Source of the DNA: an uncultured Trueperaceae bacterium
Lineage (GTDB): Bacteria; Deinococcota; Deinococci; Deinococcales; Trueperaceae
Assembly (NCBI GenBank): GCA_963815215.1
Contig: CAWFFU010000011.1
Coordinates: 96,001 to 160,000 of the forward strand
Reading direction: 5' to 3'
Length of the DNA stretch: 64,000 nucleotides
In this document: piece after piece, positions 52,424 through 61,324 of the stretch
Position numbering within the stretch: position 1 is the first letter of the stretch
How the letters are laid out: the number at the start of each line of letters is the position of its first letter
Notes under the pieces: generated by a model
Seen by the model: only the letters and a program-made list of their open reading frames with translations
Told to the model about the DNA's origin: nothing
Databases searched by the model: none
Translations under genes and position numbers: made by a program

Positions 52424-53268
52424 GCGGACTCCTCCACGGTACTCCTCTCACGCTCGCATGCGCCATCCAGGTAGGCGCGCTCGTAGGCGACGCTGCCGCC
52501 GCCGAGCCGTTGGAACCAGCCGCCCAGACCGACGCCGAAGAGCAGCCGTTTCGCGGCCACCTGCAGCGGGTGGAGGCCGAGTCGCCAACGCAACGGCGGG
52601 TGACGCTCGACCACGCGCGCGGCGTTGGCGCCGGCGGCACGCGCCTTCGTAGGGTCGCCGCCCTCCCGCGGGTCGGGGCCCAGGTGCACGACGGAGGCCC
52701 CGGGCAACGCGCGGAACGGCACCCCCGCCTGCGCGAGGCGGTACCCCAGCTCCAGGTCCTCGCCGCCGTAGCCGGGGAGCGCCTCGTCGAAACCTCCGAC
52801 CTGCCGGAACGCCACCGCCGGCACGCTGCTGTTGGCCCCGTTCAGGTTCCAGAACCCCACCCGGCCGGGCCTCCACCAGCGCCGCTCGCCGCCCGCTTCG
52901 AACGCCACACTGCCGATGGCGGCGCACAACCCGCTCTCCTGCTCGGCCACGTGCCGGGCCAGAGCCTCGGGCGCGGGCAGGCAGTCGTCGTCCGAGAACA
53001 GCAGGATGCTGCCGCAGGTGCGCTGGGCGCACGCGTTGCGGGCGACGCCGGCGGGCAGCCGTTCGGGCGTCTCGAACAGCTTGAGCGAGAACGGAAGGTG
53101 GAGGGCCTCGAGGGTAGCGATGCTGCCATCGTCCCCCCCGTTCAGGCACACCACCCACTCGAAGCGCTCGGGCTCGAGCGTCTGCGCCGCCAACGCCTCG
53201 GCCTGGCGTCGCAGCTCTCGCGGCCGCCCTCCGGCGACGGTCAGCACGCTGATGTACGGGCAGGGCAC
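52420..53268 (-). CDS. Family 2 glycosyltransferase
   Basis: ARNACA, LLFSDDDCLP and GGFDEALPGYGGEDLELGYRL. Stop overlaps the trpD start. Confidence 0.88.
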   Translation of the reverse strand: MPCPYISVLTVAGGRPRELRRQAEALAAQTLEPERFEWVVCLNGGDDGSIATLEALHLPFSLKLFETPERLPAGVARNACAQRTCGSILLFSDDDCLPAPEALARHVAEQESGLCAAIGSVAFEAGGERRWWRPGRVGFWNLNGANSSVPAVAFRQVGGFDEALPGYGGEDLELGYRLAQAGVPFRALPGASVVHLGPDPREGGDPTKARAAGANAARVVERHPPLRWRLGLHPLQVAAKRLLFGVGLGGWFQRLGGGSVAYERAYLDGACERERSTVEESA

Positions 53269-53279
53269 GGCGCGACCGC

Positions 53280-53855
<576 letters not shown>

Positions 53856-53860
53856 CGCCG

Positions 53861-55297
53861 TCAACCGAGCCCTTCGGTGGCCATCTCGACGGCGCGGCGC
53901 AGCGCCGCCAGCTTGTTGAGCGACTCCTGCCACTCGGCCGCCGGATCGCTGTCGGCGACCACGCCGCAGCCGGCCTGAAGGTGGAGACGGCCGCCGGTCG
54001 CGACCACGGTGCGCAGCGTCAGCGCCATGTCCATGGCGCCGGACACGCTCAGGTATCCGAAGGCGCCGGCGTAGGGGCCGCGCCGGGTCGGCTCGAGCTC
54101 GTCGATGATCTCCATGGCACGGATCTTGGGGGCGCCCGACGCCGTCCCCATGGGAAGGGTCGACGATAGCGCATCCAGCGGCGTGCGCCCCGGCGCCAGC
54201 ACCCCCTCGACTCGCGACACCAGGTGCATCACATGGCTGTAGCGCTCCACGCGCATCAGGTCGGAAACATGGACGCTCCCGAAGCGGCACACGCGACCCA
54301 GGTCGTTGCGACCCAGATCCACCAGCATCACGTGCTCGGCGCGCTCCTTGTCGTCGGCGAGCAGTTCCGCGGCCAGCGCCGCGTCCTCGCCAACATCTGC
54401 GCCACGAGGACGGGTGCCGGCGATGGGGCGCGTCTCGACCTGCACGCCGTCGCTCCGGACCAGGCTCTCGGGGCTGCTCGATACCAGCGTGACCGGGCCA
54501 AGATCGAGATAGCCGAGGTAGGGGCTGGGGTTGATCGATCGCAGCGCTCGGTAGATGGCGAACGGGTGGACGCCCAGCTCCGCGCTCAGCCGCTGGCTCG
54601 GCACCACCTGGAAGACATCGCCGGCGCGGATGTACTCCACCGAGCGATCCACGGCAGCCATGAAGCCCTCACGCGTGAAGTTGCTGGTGAAGTCGCTCAG
54701 GCGGCCGGCGCGATCGCCGGGGACCCCGGGCAGCGGGCCCCGTAGCCGCTGGTAGGTGGCGTCCACGAGCGCCTGCGCGCGCGCCTCGTCGCCCGGATCG
54801 CCGTCGACGGCCGGCGCGACCACGTACAGGCGCCGCAACAGGTGGTCGAAGATGACCAGCACCTCGGGCTCGAGGAACAGCAGATCGGGAACGTTCAGCT
54901 CGTCGGGGTTGGCGTCCGGCAACTGCTCGTAGAGTCGGATGAGATCGTAGCTGGCGTAGCCGACCGCACCGGCCCAGAACGGCGGCAGCTCCGGCGGCGC
55001 CGCCGCCGGGCGCACCGTCATGTCCCACAGCGCACGCAGCGGGTCGTGCGTGATGAAGCTGTCGGTCCCGCCAGGGCCGGTGAGGGTCACCTGCTCGCCC
55101 CGCACCTCGATGCGGCGCCGTTGACCGGAGCCGATGAACGAGTAGCGCGCCACGTGCTCGCCCTGCTCGACGCTCTCCAGGAGGAACGACGGGTGGCCGG
55201 CGACCTTCAGGTACGCCGTGAGCGGGGTCTCGAGGTCGGCCAGCAACTCCCGGTACACCGGGTGCACTCGGCCTAGGACACGAGCTGGGTCAGACAC
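53861..55297 (-). CDS. trpE: Anthranilate synthase component I
   Basis: LLES, NPSPY, SSSPE, RPIAGTRPRG, EHVMLVDLGRND and SGAPKIRAMEII. Confidence 0.95.
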   Translation of the reverse strand: MSDPARVLGRVHPVYRELLADLETPLTAYLKVAGHPSFLLESVEQGEHVARYSFIGSGQRRRIEVRGEQVTLTGPGGTDSFITHDPLRALWDMTVRPAAAPPELPPFWAGAVGYASYDLIRLYEQLPDANPDELNVPDLLFLEPEVLVIFDHLLRRLYVVAPAVDGDPGDEARAQALVDATYQRLRGPLPGVPGDRAGRLSDFTSNFTREGFMAAVDRSVEYIRAGDVFQVVPSQRLSAELGVHPFAIYRALRSINPSPYLGYLDLGPVTLVSSSPESLVRSDGVQVETRPIAGTRPRGADVGEDAALAAELLADDKERAEHVMLVDLGRNDLGRVCRFGSVHVSDLMRVERYSHVMHLVSRVEGVLAPGRTPLDALSSTLPMGTASGAPKIRAMEIIDELEPTRRGPYAGAFGYLSVSGAMDMALTLRTVVATGGRLHLQAGCGVVADSDPAAEWQESLNKLAALRRAVEMATEGLG

Positions 55298-55359
55298 AGG
55301 GGGGTTCTCCGATTCCGAACGGGGGGCGGACCGCTGCCGGGCGGCCGATCATGCGGACC

Positions 55360-55419
55360 TCAGGCGAGGCTGTGGCGCCATCGCCCGAGGGTCCCGGTCC
55401 AGGAATGGAGCACGGACAT
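55360..55419 (-). CDS. trpL: trp operon leader peptide MSVLHSWTGTLGRWRHSLA
   Basis: TATACT, 6 nt, ATG (leaderless). Two Trp codons in 19 aa, directly upstream of trpE. Confidence 0.7.
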   Translation of the reverse strand: MSVLHSWTGTLGRWRHSLA

Positions 55420-55486
55420 GGCGAGAGTATACCGAGTCCGACCTACGCGGCGGGCGCGATCCGCGGGCACCCCGAGCGCCGGCCGC

Positions 55487-56287
55487 TCAGCCTCGGTGGG
55501 TCTCGGGCAGGAACATCCCGATGGCCTGGTAGCCGGCGTCGACGTAGACGACCTCTCCGGTGACGCCGCTGCCCAACTCGTCGCACAGCAGTGCCAGCCC
55601 CATGCCGCCGACCTCCCGGCTCTCGATGTTGCGTCCGAGCATGCTGTGCGCGCCCCCCTCGGAGTACAGATCGCCGAAGCCGCGGATGGACCGGGCGGCC
55701 ACCGTTCGCACCGGACCGGCGGAGATGGCGTTCACTCGTATACCTTGCGGCCCCAAGTCGTAAGCGAGGTAGCGCATGCTGGACTCGAGCGCGGCCTTGG
55801 CAACGCCCATGACGTTGTAGTGGGGCACCACGCGCTCGGCCGCCAGGTAGCTCAGCGTCACGATGCTGCCGCCGCCCTCCATCAGCCGCGCCGCCCGCTC
55901 CGCCACCGCTACCAGGGAGTAGGCGGAGACGTCCATCGCGATGCGCCAGTCCGCGCGCGCGGTCTTGACGAACGGTTGCTCGAAGGTGGCCGGCGGCGCG
56001 AAAGCGAGGGCGTGCACCACGTAATCGAGGTGGCCCATCTCGGACGCGAGCGTGTCGAAGAGCGCATCGAGCTGCGCGTCGCTCGTGACGTCGCACTCCG
56101 TCAACACGGTTCCCTCGCGCCCTTCGGTGAGCTTCTCGAGGGTCGGCCGCAGTCGATCCCCCTGGTAACTGAAGGCGAGGCGGGCACCGGCCTTGGCCAG
56201 CGGCTCCGCGATGGCCCAGGCCAGCGAACGCTGGTTGGTGACCCCCATGACCAAGCCGTTCTTCCCGGTCAGATCGATGCCGAACAT
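55487..56287 (-). CDS. fabI: Enoyl-ACP reductase
   Basis: GVTNQRSLAWAIA, YNVMGVAKAALE and NAISAGPVRT. Confidence 0.96.
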   Translation of the reverse strand: MFGIDLTGKNGLVMGVTNQRSLAWAIAEPLAKAGARLAFSYQGDRLRPTLEKLTEGREGTVLTECDVTSDAQLDALFDTLASEMGHLDYVVHALAFAPPATFEQPFVKTARADWRIAMDVSAYSLVAVAERAARLMEGGGSIVTLSYLAAERVVPHYNVMGVAKAALESSMRYLAYDLGPQGIRVNAISAGPVRTVAARSIRGFGDLYSEGGAHSMLGRNIESREVGGMGLALLCDELGSGVTGEVVYVDAGYQAIGMFLPETHRG

Positions 56288-56401
56288 GGATATCCCTCCC
56301 GATCGCCCGGCGCGGCGCACACCACGCGGTGGACGTTCGCTCGCAAGCCGGACGCCAGTCTACCTTCCGTGACTATGGGTCCGTGCCTGCCGCCGCCTGG
56401 C

Positions 56402-57451
56402 TCAGCCCTCGGCCATGAGGCGCTCGAAGCGTTCGCGCGCGTCGCTGGCCTTGCCGCGCTCGCCGCGCTTCTCCCACACCGACGCCAGCCCTTCCCAGGC
56501 GCTCTCGCTGAAGGGCTCGTGCTCGGTCATCTTCTGAAAGAGCATCGTCGCCTGCTTGAGGTCATCCTGCTCTTCGGCGCGCTCGGCGGCCGCCTGCAAC
56601 AGCGTGAGATGCTCGGCCTGCAGGTTCAGCCGGATGGCCTCGATCCAACCCGAGTCGAAGCCGATGAGGAAATGCCCGCTGTAGACCTGCATGGCCTCCA
56701 GGTAATCGCGCAGGTCACCGGACTCACGCGCCTGCTGGCCGAGGCTGCGGTACCGGTCGAGGTCGTACTCGATGTTGAACTTGCTGTGCAGGTAGTAGCG
56801 GCGATTCGCCGACTCCACCAGCTCGCCGCCCATCACCTTGCGCAGCCGGTAGAGGGTGGTGTGGAAGCTGCTGGAGGCCTTCGACTCACTCTTGCCCGGC
56901 CACAACGCTTCGGCCACCTCGAACGTCGTGACGCCGGAACGGTGCTCGAGCAGGTAGAACAGCAGCTCGAGGGCCTTGAGCGAGTCCCAATCGAGCCTCT
57001 CCCCGTCTCGGTTGATGACTGGATGACCGAACCCCTTGGCGGTGACGATGCCCTCGAGCGGCTGCCTCAGTTCCGCGATGCGCTTGAGGCGGACCTCGAC
57101 CGCCTCCAGCAGCTCGACCTTGTTGAAGGGCTTGGTGAGGTAGTCATCGGCGCCGAGAGCCATACCCTTGCGCATCGAGCCACGGTCCTCCAGGGCTGTG
57201 AGGAAGAGGAACGGCACCGCGCGCAATTCTTGGATGGAGCGCGCCTGACGGTAGAACTCGAAGCCGTCCATGTCGGGCATGGAGATGTCCGACACGATGA
57301 CGTCGGGCCTCAGCCCCTCGTTCAACTCGCCGAGGGCCTCGAGCGGATTGTCGAAGGTCAACACGGCGTACCCGGCACCGACAAGGCTCAACTCCGTGAC
57401 CTTGAGGATTCCGGGTTCGTCGTCCACGACCATCACCAGCGTCGCCGACAT
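56402..57451 (-). CDS. Response regulator with REC, winged helix and BTAD (SARP-type) output
   Basis: VVDDE, SDISMP and DYLTKPF, then LELLFYLL...EALWPG...FHTTLYRLRK, YSGHFL..FDSGW and EPFSESAW. Confidence 0.9.
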   Translation of the reverse strand: MSATLVMVVDDEPGILKVTELSLVGAGYAVLTFDNPLEALGELNEGLRPDVIVSDISMPDMDGFEFYRQARSIQELRAVPFLFLTALEDRGSMRKGMALGADDYLTKPFNKVELLEAVEVRLKRIAELRQPLEGIVTAKGFGHPVINRDGERLDWDSLKALELLFYLLEHRSGVTTFEVAEALWPGKSESKASSSFHTTLYRLRKVMGGELVESANRRYYLHSKFNIEYDLDRYRSLGQQARESGDLRDYLEAMQVYSGHFLIGFDSGWIEAIRLNLQAEHLTLLQAAAERAEEQDDLKQATMLFQKMTEHEPFSESAWEGLASVWEKRGERGKASDARERFERLMAEG

Positions 57452-57514
57452 CAACCGAGTCTACTCTGCGCCTTCGTCGACGGCGTATGAAGGAATCGAC
57501 CAGCCGCGCCGGGC

Positions 57515-57706
57515 TCAGCCATCCCAGCCCTCGGTCTCCTGGTAGTGGACCAGCGCGGAGAACTCGACCGTGGTGTCCAGCGCCGCCGATGAGAACTTCA
57601 CGTCGACGATCAACGAGTCCCGGTCGAGAGAGGCGATGAAGTCGTTCAGGCGCGTCTCGAAGAGCTCGAAATTGTTGGAGCTGATCAGCTTGAACTTGGG
57701 TTCCAT
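57515..57706 (-). CDS. Small hypothetical protein (63 aa, MEPKFKLISSNNFELFETRLNDF...)
   Basis: SD-like GGAGGG/GGGA upstream, host-like codon use and globular composition. Confidence 0.7.
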   Translation of the reverse strand: MEPKFKLISSNNFELFETRLNDFIASLDRDSLIVDVKFSSAALDTTVEFSALVHYQETEGWDG

Positions 57707-58524
57707 GGTCCCTGCCCTCCTGCGCTCGAGCGTCGGAGCTCGCTCGGATCGTCGCCCATGATGGCGTCCACGCCCAGGGCGTGCAAGGCGCGCACGGCCT
57801 CCGGGTCGTTGACCGTCCACACGTTGACCGCCAGCCCGCGGGCATGCGCCGTACGCACGTAGCGCTCGTCCACCAGCGGGTAGCGCGGGTGGAGGGCGTC
57901 GACGTGCAACCAGCCCGGCCGCGGGCGCCCCCCCGGGAGCTTCACCGTGGTCTCGTCGTAAAGCAGCGCCACACGCAACCCCGGCGCCAGCAGCCGGACG
58001 CGCGCCAACGACAGCGGGTTGAAGCTCGACACCAGCACCCGGTCGGCAAGACCGGAGAGCTTCACGGCGCGGATCACGGCGCGCTCGAGCCCGTGCGTGC
58101 GCCAGCCGCGGGCCTTGATCTCGAGGTTGAGCAACCGTCCCGGATAGCGTCGCGCCAGCCAGAAGAGCTCCTCGAGGGTCGCCAGCTCGGGCAGTCGTTC
58201 GCGAAGCTGCCCGTAGCTCTGCCCAGCCACCGGCCGGCCCCCCACCTCATCGTCGTGGGTGACCACCAGCTCACCGTCGAGGCTCCGCTGAACGTCGAAC
58301 TCGACGCCGTCCAGACCCTCATCGAACGCCCGCGTGAAGGCGGCCAGGGTGTTCTCCGGCTCGACCCCGCGCGTGCCGCGGTGCCCCACCAGCAAGGTGC
58401 GACCGGCGCGCACGCCCGGCACGGCTCGCCCCCGCCAGCTCACGCGCCACAACGCGAGCACGAGCACGAGCAACGCGACGTACATCAGCACGTCCGGCAC
58501 GGAAGCGAAAGGACCCGGGAACAT
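57685..58524 (-). CDS. Glycerophosphodiester phosphodiesterase with N-terminal TM helix
   Basis: VGHRG...PENTLAAF, EFDVQRSLDG..VVTHD, NLEIK, SSFN and WTVND. Leaderless TATACT. Confidence 0.92.
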   Translation of the reverse strand: MFPGPFASVPDVLMYVALLVLVLALWRVSWRGRAVPGVRAGRTLLVGHRGTRGVEPENTLAAFTRAFDEGLDGVEFDVQRSLDGELVVTHDDEVGGRPVAGQSYGQLRERLPELATLEELFWLARRYPGRLLNLEIKARGWRTHGLERAVIRAVKLSGLADRVLVSSFNPLSLARVRLLAPGLRVALLYDETTVKLPGGRPRPGWLHVDALHPRYPLVDERYVRTAHARGLAVNVWTVNDPEAVRALHALGVDAIMGDDPSELRRSSAGGQGPWNPSSS

Positions 58525-58629
58525 CGCCGGAGTATATCCTCTCAGGGTCGGCGCCATCTCCGGCGCACCGGCAGGAACGTGCGCAGGGACGGCTTCGACA
58601 GGATGCGGCCTCTGGTAGCATGGGACGTC

Positions 58630-59469
58630 GTGGACATCCCCGAGGCCCGCAAGCCCCGCCCTCGTCGCGAGTGGATCATGGTCGTGGTCCAGCCGCTCGC
58701 GAGCCGCTGCGTGACGTGGGCGGCACGGCGACGCATCGATCCGAGGACGGTGGTGGCGGCGCACGCCCTGCTGGGCCTGGCAGCGGCCGGGTTGCTCACG
58801 CGGCACGCGGGCGCAGCCCTGGTGGCGGCCGCCGTGCTGCTGCAGCTCAAGACCCTGCTCGACAACGTCGACGGAGGCCTGGCGCGGGTGACCGGCCGCG
58901 TCACCGAGGCCGGCCGCTACCTCGACACCGGCGCCGACCTGATCGTCAACATCGCGCTGTTCGCGGCCTTGACTCGGCACGGGCCCGCCGTGCCGGCCTG
59001 GCTCGCCCTGGTGTTGGTGACGCTGGTGCTGTCGCTCGACTTCAACCTCGAGGGACGCTACCGGGAGCTCAGGGGCGATCCCGGCGCGCCGGCCGCACCG
59101 CTGCCGCCGGGGGCCCCTGCCTGGATCCTGGGCCTCCTCAAGGGGCTGTACCGGGTCCTGTTCGAGCCCCAGGACCGTTGGTTGCGGAGCCTCGATCGGA
59201 CGCTGTTCGAGCGCGCCTCGGGGCGCCCTGAAGCGGACGCCCCCGCCGCTCTGCGGAGGACGTGGAACGATCTGTTCTCCACGGCCAGCGTCGTCAACCT
59301 CGGCCTCAGCAGCCAGCTGGCGCTGCTCGGCCTGCTGTGCCTGCTCGGTCGCCCCTATCTGTACGTGGTGGCCGTCTACCTCCAGCTCGTGTACGTACTG
59401 GCGGTCCAGGCCGTGCGGGTGGCCCGCCTGCGACGGGCTGTGCGGCAAGGTCGCGGGAGCGCCGCATGA
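58630..59469 (+). CDS. CDP-alcohol phosphatidyltransferase family protein
   Basis: LDNVDGGLARVTGRVTEAGRYLDTGAD (D-x2-DG-x2-AR...G-x3-D-x3-D). Start approximate. Confidence 0.88.
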   Translation: MDIPEARKPRPRREWIMVVVQPLASRCVTWAARRRIDPRTVVAAHALLGLAAAGLLTRHAGAALVAAAVLLQLKTLLDNVDGGLARVTGRVTEAGRYLDTGADLIVNIALFAALTRHGPAVPAWLALVLVTLVLSLDFNLEGRYRELRGDPGAPAAPLPPGAPAWILGLLKGLYRVLFEPQDRWLRSLDRTLFERASGRPEADAPAALRRTWNDLFSTASVVNLGLSSQLALLGLLCLLGRPYLYVVAVYLQLVYVLAVQAVRVARLRRAVRQGRGSAA

Positions 59470-59918
59470 CGGGCGAGCCCGGCACTCGCCGCCCGCTCGC
59501 CACGGTGGGCGCACTCGTCGTCGGCCCGACCGGCCGCGTGCTGCTGGTCCGCACCCACAAGTGGCGCGAGCGCTGGGGCGTGCCGGGCGGCAAGATCGAG
59601 TACGGCGAGACCATGGCGGCGGCCGTGCGCCGCGAGGTGCGCGAGGAGACCGGCCTGGAGCTGGTCGACATCCATTGGGCGCCGGTGCAGGAGGCGGTCG
59701 AGAGCCCGGAGTTCCACCGATCGGCCCACTTCCTGCTGCTGAACTTCGTGGCCAGGAGCGACTCCGAGCAGGTGCGTCTCAACGACGAGGCGCAGACGTT
59801 CGCGTGGGTGGACCCGAAGGAGGCCCTGGAGATGGATCTCAACCGACCCACCGTGGTCCTGGTGCGACACTTCCTGGAGCGCGGCTTCGGCACGCCGCCG
59901 CTGGAGCGCCGTGCCTGA
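59466..59918 (+). CDS. NUDIX hydrolase
   Basis: Nudix box GGKIEYGETMAAAVRREVREETGL and LNDEA. Confidence 0.92.
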   Translation: MTGEPGTRRPLATVGALVVGPTGRVLLVRTHKWRERWGVPGGKIEYGETMAAAVRREVREETGLELVDIHWAPVQEAVESPEFHRSAHFLLLNFVARSDSEQVRLNDEAQTFAWVDPKEALEMDLNRPTVVLVRHFLERGFGTPPLERRA

Positions 59919-60642
59919 GAGTCCGGACCGTCGCCCCGCCGCCCTGGTCACGGGATCGGCCCGAGGCATCGGCCGGGCGCTGGCGCTGGCGCTCGCCGAG
60001 GACGGCTATGACGTCGCCGTCCACTACCGGACCCGTGCCGGCGAGGCGCAGCGGGTGGCCGAGGAGGCGCGTGCGCGTGGCGCGCGTGCGGTCGTGCTGC
60101 GGGGCGACGTCACGGTGGAGGCGGAGGCGCGCGCCCTGATCGAGGATGCCCGCGGCGCCCTGGGCGGCCTCGACGTGCTCGTGAACAACGTCGGCAACTA
60201 CCACTTCGGACCCCTGGACGAACTCGACGCACAGCACTGGCACGCCATGTTCGACAGCAACCTCCACGCCACCTTCTACACCTGTCAGACGGCGGTGCCG
60301 ATCATGCGCGCGCAGGGCGGCGGCCGCATCGTGAACATCGGCTACGCCGGCGCCGAGCTGCTCAAGGCGCGGCCGTCCATCGCCGCCTACGCGGCGGCCA
60401 AGACCGCCGTCATCCTGTACAGCAAGGCGCTCGCCCGGAGCGAGGCGGGCCACGGGATCACCGTCAACGTGGTGAGCCCCGGCGTGATGGAGAACAGCGT
60501 CACCCAACCCACCGGTGAGATCCCGATGGGCCGCGTCGGCAGACTGACCGAGGTGGCGGCGGCAGTGCGCTACCTGCTCTCGCCCGACGCCGCCTATGTG
60601 ACCGGGACCACCCTCGAGGTCGCGGGCGGCTGGAATCTGTAG
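59911..60642 (+). CDS. SDR oxidoreductase, probably pteridine/dihydrofolate reductase-like (TmpR-type)
   Basis: TGSARGIG, VHYR, VNNVG and YAAAK. Coupled to the NUDIX gene. Confidence 0.75.
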   Translation: MPESPDRRPAALVTGSARGIGRALALALAEDGYDVAVHYRTRAGEAQRVAEEARARGARAVVLRGDVTVEAEARALIEDARGALGGLDVLVNNVGNYHFGPLDELDAQHWHAMFDSNLHATFYTCQTAVPIMRAQGGGRIVNIGYAGAELLKARPSIAAYAAAKTAVILYSKALARSEAGHGITVNVVSPGVMENSVTQPTGEIPMGRVGRLTEVAAAVRYLLSPDAAYVTGTTLEVAGGWNL

Positions 60643-60649
60643 AGGACCG

Positions 60650-61252
60650 CTAGAGGTCTCCGTCTTCGAACTTCAGGCCGCCCCGGCCGCGGGTGATGTC
60701 GAACACGCCCCCCGCCTGCTTCAGGTTGACCGTCACGAAGTCGTGGTGCTGCAAGATCTCGAACGACTCCAGCGGCACGTCCCGGCGCGGCAACAACACG
60801 CGCGCGCCGTAGAGGTCCTGGAACGGACGATCGGTGAACACCGTGTGGAGGTAGTCCGACACCCGCTGATCGGGCATCAGGTACAGCTGCCCGGTCACCA
60901 CGTAGCTGGCGTACATGATGTACACCAGTCGGGCCTCGCGCCGCACGTGCTCGGAGACCTCCTCGGCGCGCCCACCCACCACCCACAGGATGTGCTCCTT
61001 GGGGACGGCCGCGAAGTCGGTCTCGTACTGCAACGCCTCGTTCTCCGGTGGATGCCGGAAGCCTGCGTCGTACACCATGCAGTGGGTGACCGGCAGGTAC
61101 GGACGGTCGGTGAGGTTCAGCACGCGCGCAGTGCTCACGAGCTCGGGCAGGTGCAACAGTCCGTAGAGGCGGAACTCGTTGGTGTACACCCGCCCCTCGG
61201 TGGGCGTGACGCGCCGATTGTTGCCGACCATGCAGGACTCTACCACCTTCAT
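60650..61252 (-). CDS. Hypothetical protein with two tandem copies of a small beta-rich domain (DUF6812-like)
   Basis: Repeat 1 VYTNEFRLYGLLHL...DRPYLPV...DFAAVPK and repeat 2 IMYASYVVTGQLYL...DRPFQDL...DFVTVNL. Start uncertain. Confidence 0.65.
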   Translation of the reverse strand: MKVVESCMVGNNRRVTPTEGRVYTNEFRLYGLLHLPELVSTARVLNLTDRPYLPVTHCMVYDAGFRHPPENEALQYETDFAAVPKEHILWVVGGRAEEVSEHVRREARLVYIMYASYVVTGQLYLMPDQRVSDYLHTVFTDRPFQDLYGARVLLPRRDVPLESFEILQHHDFVTVNLKQAGGVFDITRGRGGLKFEDGDL

Positions 61253-61324
61253 CTCACGCTTCCCGGCGGCCTTCCCGAACGCCTCAGACCGCCCAGACGC
61301 GCCTGCTGCCGCTATGCTGACGTC

